Part shown: positions 24,970-38,937 of the stretch, piece after piece | Numbering within the stretch: the first letter of the stretch is position 1 | Layout of the letters: every line of letters starts with the position of its first letter | Assembly: GCF_006345805.1 (NCBI RefSeq) | Contig: NC_043012.1 | Coordinates: 34,534,001 to 34,598,000, forward strand | Direction of reading: 5' to 3' | Source of the DNA: Octopus sinensis | Lineage: Eukaryota | Length of the DNA: 64,000 bases | The notes under the pieces: generated by a model | Databases searched by the model: none | What the model saw: only the letters and a program-made list of their open reading frames with translations | What the model was told of the DNA's origin: nothing | Position numbers and translations under genes: made by a program

Positions 24970-27900
24970 CGCTGTCGAATAATTGAAACCGAGACACAGG
25001 CATGATTTCGATTATTACTTGAAAACATATATTTACATATTTTATATGTAAACCTCGATGTTTCGACTCGATGTCTAAACAACTTGCATCAATGATTCCC
25101 CAATGAACATTTGAATGTTATGTTAGCGCACATCTTTCTCTGTACATATGAGACCCTGTTTCTGTGTAATTCAGCAATCTCACAAAGCTAAACATCTCTC
25201 ATATCATATCTCTCTCGTCTAAAAAAGGCAAGCACTCATTAAATATAGTTTTATATACCAGTAGAAATGTAAAATGATGGCTGAAATGTCTTGGGTCATT
25301 AGGTCTGTTCAGTCAAGGTGAACCTAGGGGTAAACAACAGTAATTTCTACAAGGAGGAAAATCTTAGTCTTTTCTCAAAAGAATTGATTTTATGTGCTCT
25401 GATCACACCGAGATATAATCAAAAGCGTTACAATTGCAACTATCTCATCTTTTGTCAGACGACATTTTGTCAGATGACATTAAGACAACATTATCTAAAA
25501 TGTCTTTTTGTAAAACGATAGGGTGCTATTTGCGTGAAATATGGATACTATTTCTGTCAGTGGAAATGACGTTGTCGATGACAGTTTTTTTAAAGCTGCA
25601 AGTCGCTTCATAGGTTTATCAGATGGTATATAGGATGGGATAGTAATTATTCCATTTTGTAGTCAGGAAAAGCCAATCTAAAACTATACTATATAACGTA
25701 TGCACACTTTTTTCTAAAGATGGCAAGGAATAATTTGATGGAGATTTCACACGGGTTTCTCTCGTTGACAGTATAATCGTTTGAGGGAAGCCTTCCCTGA
25801 CTTATGGAGATTTGCCTAAAAGAAAGGCTGTGACAGGAAGCTATATTTTATGGATTCAATGACTCAACCACACCACTTTTTATTGATATATTCGTCCATC
25901 TACATAATGATAATTCATTGAATAACAAACTAGATATAATGAACACCATATGAAGTTGTTAATAAATCCCAAACTCGATGCTCGATTGGTACTCTGTTAT
26001 AAAATTATAAACGGTTCTTAAATTATTACTTGACTTCGAAATATTTTATCATTATATTGAGTTCAATAATTTTCTTCCATTAATTACACTCAGAAACAAT
26101 ACTGTAATTGGACTTTGGACAAAATGTGAAATTAATTGCAACGACTTTGATTGCTATTGTTATTAAGATCCGTAATGATATGATTCACACTTGACTATTC
26201 AATATAATGATGGAAGTACGTCACCTTATCGACTGAAGAATTAGTCTGGTGTCTATTTTCCACTCGTAGAAAGAGATGTCAACCGTCTTAGATGGAAATA
26301 AAGATACTAGCAGATACATTAGGTGAAAGGAATCGACTGAATATAAAAACTGTATTGTATAAAAACTTTCATCAAAAGATTACCAACTAAGAACAACTAG
26401 GATCAATCACACTGTCTTTCAGTAGATTCATTAATGTTCAAACCATTTGTTTTCCTTTCTGCATTTCTTTAAGTGAAGATCGATTTTCATAACAAGGAAA
26501 ATAAACTTGAATCTACAGATTCACAACTCAGCGAGTGTTGTGCTTTGAATTCGTATGCTACACTCCTTCACATATTCACCTTTCAGTATCCACTTAACAA
26601 CAGCTTATCGTTCTCAACCAGATGCCTTTGCAATGTAAAGCAGCTGTAGTGCCACTAATGACATTAAACCTAGAACCCCGAGACACAGGAATAGCCTGCT
26701 GACTAATTCACTAGTGCTTCAAGAGGCACTACCATTCTAAATTAAGTTATCAGATTATTTCTCATTAGTCATAACGTTCTTCTTTTTGGGGAGAAAATTC
26801 ATAATATTGGGATGTTGGTATTTAACCTCAAGAATCTTAGTGACATAGATGAAATGATGTCAGCCTGGAATCAAAACTATACTAAGGACCTTGAAATGGT
26901 ACTTTTAAAATGAGTTTGAAGGAAAGGAGATCGAATATAAAATTTATTTTCTCACAAAGATAATACAATATCGATGAAGATACATAAAATTCTATCATTA
27001 TTTCCAGAAATTTATTGTTTACAGTACACAACTCAACACTAGCTTAATTGGAAGAATATCGATATTTTCCAATAGGTACCGATTCAAAGTTATAGGGGAT
27101 AAATCAATTGGTAAAAATAATCTATATTAATCTACCACAGTCTAACGTTTAAACTTGCTCAATCTTAATTTTATAACGAATCCTGTTAAAAGTACATTGA
27201 AGACAATTGACTGATAAACTATGGAACTAGATAGAAAATATATTCTATTGTAGACACATTTCTATTAGAAGTATTATTCGTAAGAAAATTGACTGAAAAA
27301 TAAATATTTTAAATTAATTGAATTAGAATTTCCAGCTCAGTGGCTCAGCTTCTTTTCTTCGCTCATTGAGATTGTAGACTCATGTCCAGCCAAATACACT
27401 TTTTACTGATATAAAATATGCATGTCGAAAAGTGTTCTATGATTTGTTAAAGCCTCGCCAATGAACCATGACAGAAGAATATTATTCATAGATTATGTCT
27501 TCGATTTTGTTTCATGGTTAAGATTTAGTGCTTCTTGATGAAAAGATAGATATAATAGATAACAGCATTCGATACGAAAGAGATAAACTAGTACATAACA
27601 AATGATATAGCTTTTAAAGACCTTCTCACTTTCAGTAATTAATTACCTGGATTTTGCATCATCTCAAAAATTAATCGGGCATGAAAAGTTTGAAAAGAAA
27701 GTATAATATTTCATTGTTCTCTACAAACTTTCAACAGCCTTATAGTTTTCAAAATAAGTGTGGAATTTCAACGAATACTTCAAGTACTTATTATTCTTTC
27801 ACATATTCCTGCTACTATGTTATTTTCTGGAAATAAACCAGGTCAAGGACCATATTTATCCGAAGCTTACGTCTATTCTATTACACTCGATAAAATATAC

Positions 27901-28559
27901 ACGAATCGATAGCAGTTGTATTATTCGTATCAATTTACTGTTTGTTATCTCGCCAAACTTTCTACACTCAACAATATTCTGCTTGTTTATGTAGGCCATT
28001 AAAACTCTTCTCGTCTGCTTTCTTCAAGTAAATAACGTTGCTTATGCAGCGCTCTTATGTTTTATTTCTCTTTTATCTGTATAGGTCAAAGTTATTGATC
28101 TGTTATATGGTATTTTAAACGCTTCTGAAAATGGTGACCTTTCTACTCTTTGTAATTATATTTTTGAGACATTTCGATCATTTCTAGATCAAACGTTTCC
28201 TCCCTAACGCTGTCCCTGGCCGAGTTACTTAGCTCTTTGAGACCCTTTTTGATATACTTTTGCGTTGATTCTGGCGTACGCGTGTTCTGGTCGTTCGATC
28301 AATGGGACCGTCCATTGTCTTGTTATTACATAGTAAGTATCCACGGACCCTTGTAATCTTAGAGCAATCTGTAGACTTAATCAGCATGACACTGTGTAAC
28401 AAGAATGGCCATTCTAATCACAGGTACATTTCAGTTAATTTCCTTACAGAACATGTGTCATTTTGAGACAATGTTAGAAAAGACTGCCCCATGTTCAGTG
28501 CAGTTGGATCCATCGCCAGTTTTCTCCATGTCCAGAGTAGTGAGCTCATTTAACGAACC

Positions 28560-28740
28560 TTGATCTAAATATGTACAGTTCTACCTGTAATTCAAAGAGC
28601 CAGCCTTCTCCTATTCTATGTCACGCTGAGGCTTACGTTAAGGGTACGCGTGTTTCTGGAGTGCTCAGCCACTTGTACAGGTTGTTTCGTTGATCGGATT
28701 AACTGGAACTGTTGTTTACGTAACCAACAGAATGCCAGTT
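28560..28740 (+). mobile_element. Fragment of another interspersed repeat
   Basis: cctgtaattcaaagagccagcc...tacgttaagggtacgcgtgt..ctggagtgctcagccacttg...gttgatcggattaactggaac; shares taagggtac.(t/c)gtgt with the 200-bp duplication. Family identity is inference. Confidence 0.45.
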
Positions 28741-28771
28741 CGCAGCAGATCAAATGCCTTGCGGTATTTAG

Positions 28772-29007
28772 GGTGGCGAGCTGGCAGAATCGTTAGCAGG
28801 CCGGGCGAACTGCCTAGCGGTATTTCGTCCGCCGTTACGTTCTGAGTTCAAATTCCGCCGAGGTCGACTTTACCTTTCATCCTTTCGGGGTCGATTAAAT
28901 ATGTACCAGTTACGCACTGGGGTCGATATAATCCACTTAATCCCTTTGTCTGTCCTTGTTTGTCCTCTCTGTGTTTAGCCCCTTGTGGGTAGTAAAGAAA
29001 TAGGTAT
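28772..29007 (+). mobile_element. Family A SINE nested in an older family-A relic (~28745-29100)
   Basis: Consensus match; TSD ggtatttag at 28763-28771 and 29003-29011; the flanks rejoin as caaatgccttgcggtatttag...tacgttctgagttcaaac, a degenerate family-A sequence. Confidence 0.92.
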
Positions 29008-29770
29008 TTAGTTACATGCCTATACGTTCTGAGTTCAAACCTAAATGAGTTATACTTTTATTTACATCTTTCCTTGTTTAATAAAATAAGTACTTTGGTG
29101 GGCTGAAATAACTGTTGCGCACTTCTAAATTCGAGGCCTCGTATCTGAAAGATCGAAAATAAAAGGAACATTGGCAAGCACTGCTGATTCCTTGAAGATA
29201 TTTTACTTCACACCTAATGCTGTTAAAATACAAACGTTGTATTTCTATTCAAATAAAGCCAATATTATCACGTAGGATTTACAGTCCTTATCTCACAGTG
29301 AGCCTGAAGTTATATCACTAATCAGACTACATTCTGTATAACAACAAGCATGATACATTCTTCAAAGAATTTCTTTACATAGGAAATACTTCGCTTTTAA
29401 CGTATCACGATTACCAAGAATGATTAACACCATCATTTCTTTGTCGCTCTTATTATATATAATATAGAATACGTGAATCGTGTGGAGTCACATGAAAATC
29501 GAAATGCCCAGGTGGGTAATAATCTTGAATATCAAGTTATGGAAGAAACTTGAAAGATATCTGTCACTTGTGATTTAAACCCTGTCAGTCAGCAGCTGGT
29601 CTTAAAACGTTATCTGAGGGATCATCAACGGAGGGATTGCGCTGTGTAATGGTGTATGGTGTGTGCTGATGGGATGGCTGTCATCTGTAAGATGAAGCAA
29701 TCATCATATATATATATATATATACACATACATACATACATACATACATACATGCATACATACATACATA

Positions 29771-30071
29771 GTGAAGTCGCATGGCTCAGTGGTTAGAGCG
29801 TCGAACTTACGACCGTGAGGGTGGGAGTTCGAATCCCGGACCGAGCTGCGTGTTGTGTTCTTGAGCAAGACACATTATTTCATGTTGCTCCAGTTCACTC
29901 AGCTGTAGAAATGAGTTGCGACGTCACAGGTGCCAAGCTGTATCGGTCCCTTTGCCTTTCCCTTGGATGACATCGGTGCGTGAAGAGGGGAGGCTGGTAA
30001 CACGGACTTGTGCTACGGAGGGTAACTTTCTAGGTGCAATCCCATGGTCATTCCTGACCGAAGGGGGTCTC
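29771..30071 (+). mobile_element. tRNA-derived SINE (family E)
   Basis: Pol III A box tggctcagtgg and B box gttcgaatccc, followed by a CORE-like tgtgttcttgagcaagacac body; no tRNA acceptor stem. Confidence 0.85.
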
Positions 30072-30073
30072 CG

Positions 30074-30105
<32 letters not shown>

Positions 30106-30115
30106 TATATATATA

Positions 30116-31327
30116 TAAGGTTGAGTTAGGAGTAAGAAGAATTGTACCGGATATTTGCAGGGTTTCGATGTTTTTTAAGCCATTTCTTTTTGCAATTGTC
30201 TGATAATACAGACATAGACTTGCTCAAATGCATCAATAGATTAACATTGATATTTGTTCACCGTTGTTACAATGGATTTATCAAAATGCGATACTCGAGC
30301 AATTTTGCTATTCAACTTTAAAAGAGGATGTAAAACAGCTGAAACTGCTCGCGATATTATCGAAACGTTTGATGAGGAAATGACCAGTAAGTGGTCAGTT
30401 TGAAAATGGTTTAAACGGTTTCGCAGTGGAGACCTGAGCCTTAAAGATCATGGACGTAGCGGACGTCCATTTGTCATCGATGACGGTCAATTAAAGACCG
30501 TCATTGAGAAAGAACCACTCGAGAACTGGCAAAAGAACTTCAAGTTCGCCAGAAAACTGCCTGCAACTACTTGCATGCGATCGGAAAATCAAAACAGCTC
30601 GACAAAGGAGGACCACAAGATTTGAATGAAAATCAGAAAATGCGCAGATATGAAATTTAATTCTTCGCTTCTTCTCTGTAACCAAATCGATCTGTTTCTT
30701 GACTGTATTGTAACTTGCGATGGAAAGTGGATTCTGCACAATAATAAAAACTTCTTCGCAGTGGCTGGACCAAAAAGAAAAACCGAAAACCTTCCCTAAA
30801 CCCGAGCTTAGGTTATGGTGACTGTTTGGCGGTGTATCGCTGGACTCATCCACTATAACTTCTTAAAACCTGGAAAAACCATTACTGCAGAAACATATTG
30901 CTAAAATGAATGAAAAATTTCTACTCCTCCATCCCAGACTGGTCAAGAGAAGAGAGGCAATCATTCTTCATGATTGCTCGACCACACATTTCACTAATGA
31001 CGCTCCAGAAGTTGAGGGAACTTGGCTGCGAAGTTCTTCCCCACCCAGCTTATTCCCCAGGCCTTTCTCCTACCGACTACCACCTTTTCAAGCACCTTGA
31101 TGGTTTCCTGCAAGAGGAGGAGTTCAAAAATCGAAGCAATGCTGAAAGTGCGTTCAAAGAGTTCATCAGCTCCAGAACTCGAGATTTTTATGTTACCGGA
31201 ATAAACAAATGGCAAAAATGTGTTGATTGTAATTGTACTTACTTAGATGAATGAAATCCCCGCATTGTTGAAATATATTGTGATGAATTTCATATTTCCA
31301 GAGGTTGGTTACTTTTTACTCAGCCTG

Positions 31328-31328
<1 letters not shown>
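30116..31328 (+). mobile_element. Mariner (DD34D) transposon, near full length (~1.2 kb), decayed
   Basis: TA-flanked imperfect TIRs taaggttgagttaggagtaa / ttactttttactcagcctga enclosing a transposase relic. Confidence 0.92.
30272..31254 (+). pseudogene. Mariner transposase pseudogene (Hsmar1/cecropia-like)
   Basis: WFKRFRSGDLSLKD..RSGRP, IVTCDGKWILHNN, ILHD-ARPH, VLPHPAYSPGLSPTDYHLFKHL, WQKCVDCNCTY; several stops and frameshifts. Confidence 0.93.
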
Positions 31329-31380
<52 letters not shown>

Positions 31381-31599
31381 GTTAGGCAACAAGAACTTTT
31401 GACAAAACGTAAAATGATATTGTATTGAAAGAGTGGGTCTCAAAGCGTACATTAAAATGGGAGGCAGTCTTTGACTTTTTCTATCCAGAAAGGTTTCCCA
31501 ACCTATGCATACTATTATTCATAGCTTTATGTGTGCTTTGAGAATCACAATGCGATTATATATATATATATATCAAGTTCTGAGTCTGTTTTTCTTATT

Positions 31600-32200
31600 T
31601 TCATGTGAGTCCCTTACAGTTTGGAACAGTAATGTTCTTAAATCAGTCATCAACCATTGTAGATCTTCGTATTTCATCTCCAGAATGACGTGATGTTGGC
31701 GTGTGCTTATACGTTTTTATTCAGATATGGCCAATATGATTGGCGTAAAAGGAATTTGAAATTTGATTCTTAGATTTATACGCTGTTAGTCAAGTGTTTC
31801 CTCACGTTAATGTTTAATGCAAGTTGTCGGTGCATTTATTTTAGCAGTGCTATTGTTTTGTGTTGTCTGCTGCAGGTCATTGCTCCTTGTTGTGAGGTGA
31901 TACCCTGATGACATTTGGGATGAACTAATTCTCAGTATGTGTATCATCTTCTGCAGAAATGTGACATGATTCACAGTTTCGGTCGGATCTTGGGTGATAA
32001 AAAAGCTTAACTGCATCATTTTTTAATTACATATTTCGTAGCTGTCTCTTGCTCTAGGATTACAAAAAGCACAACCTTTGAAATGTGACGAACCTGCGTC
32101 CTAGTGGGATTACACTTCATGCTAATATTAGCATCAACCTCAAGCTTATGGATAACATGCCGAAGCAATAACCTTTTTATGATATACAGAGCCTTTATTT
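31600..32200 (-). pseudogene. Possible highly decayed RTE-type LINE endonuclease (APE) fragment
   Basis: The minus strand gives ...KINAPTT... and a downstream segment weakly resembling the APE C-terminal xxDY region; motif-level only. Confidence 0.3.
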
Positions 32201-33124
32201 CAGTTCTTTTTCAGATATTAATCCTTAAACCAGTAGTTCTGGATTTGCAGGGAAAATCGTTAGGCAGTCAATACTTCTTGGGGAGTTCAACGACGACTCA
32301 TAGGATGTTGTTCTCTTCCCTCTTTGCACCTGAATTATGCTCGTGCTGTCGTTGTTTAGCTCATACTGAGTAATATCCTACGACATTCAGCGACTGTCCG
32401 TACTGATTTTAAACTTCTTAAAAATATTTTTGTTGTTTTTGTAAAATCTCAGAAAATAGTTTAAAAAATCACATTTTTGTCAAATTATTTTGTTATATTT
32501 GTCTATCTATCCAACTGTAAACATTTTAAATATTTCACTAACTTTTTGTTATAACTTGGCAAATCATATCAACATCAGACTTATTTAAGCTTCATTCTTT
32601 TTGACTGTGTATGTACATTTTGTATGACACACTGATGTCGATTATATTTCAATGCTGTTTCAATTGCATACACCGACTTTTCCATAAGTTTCCACAACAC
32701 CAGCGAATGTTAGATTCACTATTTCATATAAATATCGAGGCACGAATTTCGTTTAAATACCTGACAATCGAATGTGAATTGCGTCTGTCGTTCTTGTGAG
32801 TCACTGCAGAAATGATGCCCGTCTCGCTCCGATAATTATAGTGCTTTTAATGTAACAAGTCTATGATGAGATTTTATCTCAGATAATTCCATAGTTTCAT
32901 GCCTTCTAACTTTGTTGATACTTATAATGTATTCCACAGACGATGGTTTTAAATTAATACTGTGTCAGTTGCGGGCATCGAGTTTCTATGTGTGTTGATA
33001 AAAATACATATATGAAAAATTAGCGACATCAAATCTTTTATAATAATTAAGAGTGAAAATTATGTCAGTTCGTTTCTGCCTTTTTTCTGATTAGAACCAT
33101 TTCAATGTTAGCGCATATAGCTGT

Positions 33125-33127
<3 letters not shown>

Positions 33128-33199
<72 letters not shown>
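33128..33199. repeat. (CA)n microsatellite
   Basis: Directly visible. Confidence 0.98.
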
Positions 33200-33203
<4 letters not shown>

Positions 33204-33287
33204 GCACATATATAAACGCAGCAGTGTGTATGGGAATATGAGTGTGAGTGCATGTATTGTGTGCACGTCCGTTCGTCTCAGATATGT

Positions 33288-33790
33288 GCCAATCTCAGAT
33301 ATGTCTTCTTTGCCGGTAACTTAGAAGAATTGAAGTTTTTGATGAATAGAGTGAAAGAAAATAGTGAAGAAAAAGCGCCATTCATTAATTCTGATAAAGC
33401 TGAATCAATGATTATCTCAGGAACATATTATCGTGATAATCCTATAATAATCAAACTGTCAATGAAGTGAATGATGAGATTTGATGTGTTGCTTGTATTA
33501 TTACAAATCAATGCCGGGACAGAAAAGCGATAAAAGGGAAAATTGCAATGGCAAGATCTGCTGTTGTCTCTTTAAACTACTTTCGGTAAAAAAAAATCAT
33601 TAATAAGTAAAAAGATCAAGTTGAAATTATTAAACACTGATATTAGCCGTAGCAACTTATGGATTTCATTGCTGGTAATATCAAAAAGTTGATAAAAAGT
33701 TGTGCGTTTCCAAGTTTGGTGTTATAAAACGCTGCTAAGAATTAGTGGGACAAAACAAAAAGGAACGAAATTACTTATCGAATCAAATAG
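33288..33790 (+). pseudogene. Decayed RTE/BovB-like LINE reverse-transcriptase 3' fragment
   Basis: NLRY-(ADD lost)-AGNLEELKFLMNRVKENSE...INSDKAESM; KAIKGKIAMARSA; RFQVWCYKTLLRISGT (cf. AFEMWCYRRMLRISWT). Confidence 0.75.
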
Positions 33791-33884
33791 GAATTCAGAA
33801 CAGGATGAAATAACCCAGAAGATATTAAATGGAAAAGGCAATGCATTTTCTGATAATGGTACATTTTTTTTCTCTATTAGATTT

Positions 33885-34240
33885 ATGAAACAAAATGTTA
33901 TTCAATCCAATGATTGGCTCAATGCAGCCATGACGCGAATTGCAATCCATCTTCAGTGGGTAATGGTTCTTGTTGCTCATCTCACGTCCATGTTGCCTCT
34001 CTTTAACGATTCGCTGGTAATCATGGGGCCGCCGGTTGGCAACGCTTCAAGTGCAGTCATCCAGGGTTTCACATCAAGAAAACTATGATGCCACATGCTG
34101 GCGATCACTTCAAAGTAAAAATTGTCGGCCAGCCACTTCAAAGTCGTGAAAGCCATGTGGGAGGGAACATGTGGCCACTCCTCGATACACTGCTTGGCTA
34201 CTGTGTCCACTACTTCAATGTAAAGGATGGTGTTAACTCA
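33885..34240 (-). pseudogene. Decayed Tc1/mariner-superfamily transposase C-terminal fragment (maT/DD37D-like)
   Basis: VNTILYIEVVDTVAKQCIEE..PSHMAFTTLKWLADNF...MWHHSFLDVKP resembles YxxVLxxVVKPW..APSH.A..TQxWLxDN..WPPxSPDLNP. Confidence 0.6.
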
Positions 34241-34734
34241 GGAAACTGGTGTGTATTATTGTAATTCCGTTATTCCTGGGTTGATCCACATGTCGTTACA
34301 TCTGTTCATCTTCTGGTGATAGTTAAAGTTCATATTTGGGAAGAATCAGAGTACGACAGATTTCTTGCTTTAGACTTGTAACACACGTCTTACAGCGGAG
34401 GTTACGCATCCTGATAATCTGACCGCAGTTACAAAGGATGTATAATTGGGCTCTACAGATCTCTTTAAACATCTCTACTCTGTTTCCAAGACTGACTCCA
34501 TAAAATTAATATGTTCCCTTAGCAATGCAACAGTGGTCAAATATTAAATTATGTGTGACCCCAGCCTTGGTCTATGAATATCTTGAAACCGGTATTTGCA
34601 TCGCAAGAGAAATCAGTAAAAAAAGATTTAACAAATTTGCTGATTTCTCGATTGGTAAGAAACAAACCCATACGATAGGATTGAGATTGGTCTTAAATTA
34701 TAAACAAAATAAGAGCTTCAACGTGATTTCTAGG

Positions 34735-34810
34735 TTTGCTTGAAATAGCAGCCAAATCTCTCTCGAATCACACCCTACTGTCTTAAGTGGGATGCACTGG
34801 TTGATATAAT
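34735..34810 (-). mobile_element. Old interspersed repeat fragment (gtgtgatttgagggagatttggctgctatttctag motif family)
   Basis: The same motif recurs at ~8800, 20440, 37330, 38030(-), 43110, 43660 and 44750. Confidence 0.65.
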
Positions 34811-35236
34811 CCCTAATATAATCAATAGACAGGAAGGTCACGGCCAGAATACTTTTTATCATAAGCTTGGCGAATCGGTTTAATGTGGGTAAATCGGTTT
34901 GACAAGAACCCTTGCAATTGTCTGGTCCTAAAATATAGACACTTCGGCATTCCGAGAACGCCAGATGAATATTTAAAATTAAACTTTCAGGAAGAATTTC
35001 GGATATGATAATTTCCAAATTAAGCTGGAAATAGGAATCTCTTGAGTAACTCGTGAGTAACTCGGCTACTTTGGGTTAAGTAGACAAGTTCTAAGGAGTC
35101 GATTTTATATATTAATTTAACCAACTTTCCATTGTCTTACGACATCCACAACAAATTTCTATATACAACATAATGGACATACACATCTGCGCACATTCAG
35201 ATAGATAAATAGATAGATAGAGAGATAGAGAAAGAG

Positions 35237-35271
<35 letters not shown>

Positions 35272-36163
35272 GGGTAAACAAACTGATACACATACATACA
35301 CATTCAGAGAAAGAGGAAAGGTATACAAATGCATACTTATGAACATTTATACTCACTTACACCCACATTCCGAGAGAGAAATACACTAATAGACACAGAG
35401 CTACATTCCCCTGAACACGCATACAAAATTACACGACTACAATACGCACAGATACACGATACACGCTCGTAGGTACACAATCTCTTTCTCACTCACTAAT
35501 GCATACATATACAGAATATCACACATTTTCACACTCTACGTACACACACAAACACACACACACATATGTATCGGTGAGAGGGTTTGAGTGCGATTAATTA
35601 GAATAGTTAGACTATATAGTTACTCTATATAGACAGAGATATTAATGCAACCGCAGGTACGTATCTCTGAGATGGCATAAAGAATATTCAGTTATGCTAA
35701 TGGCTAAACATTCACTTATTCAGTTTATTGGTCAGCATAGTGTGGTGGCTTTATTATTATGTCCAATCTACAAATAAGTTGACCGCTTTTGACCATTTCT
35801 TATCTTTTGTTGTATTCAGTGACAACCACATTTTAACAGACAAAAATAAAACGGCAAGATTGATTTAAATACACACACATACATACACACTCTCTCTGTA
35901 TCACGCTCTCTAAAGAAATGTGTGTGTGTGTGTCTGTGTGTGTGTGTCTGTGTGTGTGTGAAGAAATCGTGTAAATTGAGGGAGATAAGTTTGTAATCAA
36001 TGATTCTCAGTCCTTTTTTAGCGATGGCACCTCTTATGTCATACTTTACTCTGATGGCCCCTCTTAGCCATTCGATCTGTTAAAAATCCTATTATATTTT
36101 TATAACTAAATCTTATTAGGAATTGTATAAAAATAATTATTAAAATATATTTTGTGTAATTAA

Positions 36164-36384
36164 GGCGGGGAGCTGGCAGAAACGTTAACACGCCGGGCGA
36201 AATGGTTTGCGGTATTTCGTCTGCCGTAACGTTCTGAGTTCAAATTCCACCGAGGTCGACTTTGCCTTTCATTCTTTCGGGGTCGATAAATAAAGTACCA
36301 GTTACGCACTGGGGTCGATGTAATCGGCTTAATCCCCTTGTTTGTCCCCTCTATGTTTAGCCCCTTGTGGGTAGTAAAGAAATA
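36164..36384 (+). mobile_element. Family A SINE, full length
   Basis: Consensus match; degenerate TSD ata(t/c)attttg(t/g)gtaat on both sides. Confidence 0.92.
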
Positions 36385-36617
36385 TACATTTTGGGTAATA
36401 TAGAAATATAACAAATTTATTGCAGAAATTTTAACAACAAAATTTTATAGACCTCGGCTATGAACAACTATTTTTAATGAACTTTATCAATAATAAAAGA
36501 AAACATAGCTAAAACAATAATTGAAATGGGAATAAAATATAATTATAACACATGCCGGTAAATACGTATAGACTTGCTTTTCTCCGTGTTTATCCTGTTT
36601 ATTGTATTGTATTACTA

Positions 36618-36657
36618 AGACGGCGAGCTGGCAGAAACGTTAGCATGCTGGGCGAAT
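36618..36657 (+). mobile_element. Family A SINE, 5' 40-bp stub
   Basis: aagacggcgagctggcagaaacgttagcatgctgggcgaa, then an abrupt loss of homology. Confidence 0.85.
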
Positions 36658-38732
36658 CACAACTTGACTGAGCCAGTTTCCCATACGATGCTCTCTAATC
36701 ACTTCCTTTGTTTAGCTGCCTCCAATGCTTCCTAAGTACACTGATTGCCCAACCCCATTGCTTTAATCGAAACCTCCTCCTCTTCCATTTGGCTCTTTTC
36801 TTCGGTCACAATATCTTACCTATCCTTGTTATTCTAGAGGGACAATCATTTCTTTCCTACACTCCCCAGTGTAACCCGTGTGTTCTAGAGTGGTCTCTGC
36901 CAACTCATACCAACCATTTCCTTTCTGCCAAAGTTCTTGACTGGACAACGTGAACTCCTGCAGCATCATATAGCAACAGTTTTATTTTTGGCTACTTTAA
37001 ATTTCTCTACCAGTGATTTTAAAAGTGAATTTTTGCACCAGCGGCCAACATCTGTAGACCAAGGCAGGAGACGATAAAATACATACAAATGAAGTACTGG
37101 GGTTATCTATACATTTACCTCACTAACATATAGATATTTTAAATAATCGATTCTAGCTGATCTCCAAAATATGTGACATTGTGCCAGGGCTAGAAAACAA
37201 TACTCTCGTTATTGCTGTTTAGTTCTATGTCGGTACCGGTCGACTGAACGTTCTGTCCCAGCCATGCTTGTCTTTTCTATTCAGATATAATGTATCAAGG
37301 ACTAAATACACTTAATTTTTAAGATGGTAGGTTGTGATTTGAGGGTAATTAGCTACTATTTCTGGTAGGTCTAGTGACCAAATTAGGTTCGATATTCAAG
37401 TTATAAGAGGAACTGTTGGAAAAGTTGAGAAGCTATCGTTTTACAGATAGTAATTGAAGGGCTATGGGTTGTGTCCTTCTTTGTTAGTCTTTACAAGTAC
37501 AAAAATGGATTAGTTGTGTTTAGATTCGGCCATTGTTATTGAATAATAATACTGGGTTAAGAATGAGATAATTACTTTGTAGGAAATATATTGAACATTA
37601 ATAAATATTGAAAATTATTGCTGATACAGTTAGACTTGATCCGAAATCAATAGTTCCTTGCTTTTATTCTCTCCAATATGTACCATTTTTTTTTATATAA
37701 GTAAATAATTTCATTAATAAACCGAGTTGATGGTAACGAATAAGTTACGAGAATTACAATATTATTGATTGCTCACATAAACGAAACAGTCTAATATATC
37801 GACTCTGATAGTTGATTGCGAATAATTTTATCGACCCTTACTTACTGAAGATAGAAAATAAAAGTAAAGTCAATTACGATGAGATTTGAACCCTGAACGT
37901 AAATAAACTGTTGGGGAGGGACAGTCTATTAAAACGCTTTCACTGTTTGATTGTATTTTGACTGATATCGCTAGATTTGAATGCAGAACATAGATGTGAA
38001 GAAATACCTCGAAAAACCAGCAAGAGAACGCCCACAATCTACTAGAAATAGCAGCTAAATTTTCTTTAATAGACATCGGCATGATTTTAGATAAGAAAAT
38101 ATATGTTGGATAGTATAAACTACATGGAGCTTCTGTACAGCTCATGAAATTCTGGATCTGCACCAGAAAAGTCCATTTCAAGGTTTAGGCCTGGGTAACG
38201 TTTCTTTATAAAATACCAGCAGCTGTCTATGTTCTCTTCGCATCTCTAATGTTGGGCGAGGGCACCGATTCTGCCAGTATACCGCTTGGACTTTGTGTTT
38301 GGTGAGTTTCAGGAGTTCGGCAATTTCTTTTCTCTTTGTCTTCTTCCATAGAATCCTATTTTAATCATTCCACTCAACAGCCACCTTTCAAACACATAAA
38401 TATGTTTCTAACAGCGCAGCCTGGTACAAATATGTAGATGAACAAAACTGGACAGCTTTTTACTTTTTTACATCTTCTCTTTGTTTGCTATACTCCGTCT
38501 TTTTATGTCTGCTGTTAATAATTATTACATCATCGTTTTAAACATCGTCTTTTGTATTTCTAAGCGTGAATTGTTTTGAGTTCTCTTCTTCCACTAAACA
38601 AAGATTTAGTCCAAATTCACTGGTATAAGTGCGCAGTCCAATATGCATACATACACATGCGTGCTTATGTGCATACAAATCCACGTATACATACATACAT
38701 ACATACATACATACATACATACATACATACAT

Positions 38733-38937
38733 AGGGAGAGTTTATGAAAAAAACAAAAGACGAAGACAGGTGGTGTACAAAACAAACAGATGTATTAGTA
38801 TAACGCTCAGGAGTAGAAAAAAGTCTTTTACGTTTCGAGCCTACGCTCTTCTACAGAAAGGGACACAGAAAAACCAAGGAGAGAAACAAGGAGAGAAAAA
38901 AAGGAGAGAAAAAATGTGTGTAGTGGCTAACGATCAT
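38733..38937 (-). mobile_element. Family B short repeat, full length, inserted in (TACA)n
   Basis: Consensus match; flanked on both sides by (TACA)n (38686-38732 and 38937-39031). Confidence 0.92.

Noticed and set aside
29771-29845. Functional tRNA genes (also 40597 and 44173)
   Set aside because: A and B boxes are present, but there is no closing acceptor stem or poly-T terminator; the sequence continues into SINE bodies, with TSDs at the latter two.
30910-31254. Intact SETMAR-like or domesticated transposase gene
   Set aside because: Upstream stops and frameshifts, flanking TIRs and no SET domain: an ordinary dead mariner.
36660-37060. LINE endonuclease fragment on the minus strand
   Set aside because: Only faint motif hints (LQE..., purine-rich); not enough to call without an HMM search.
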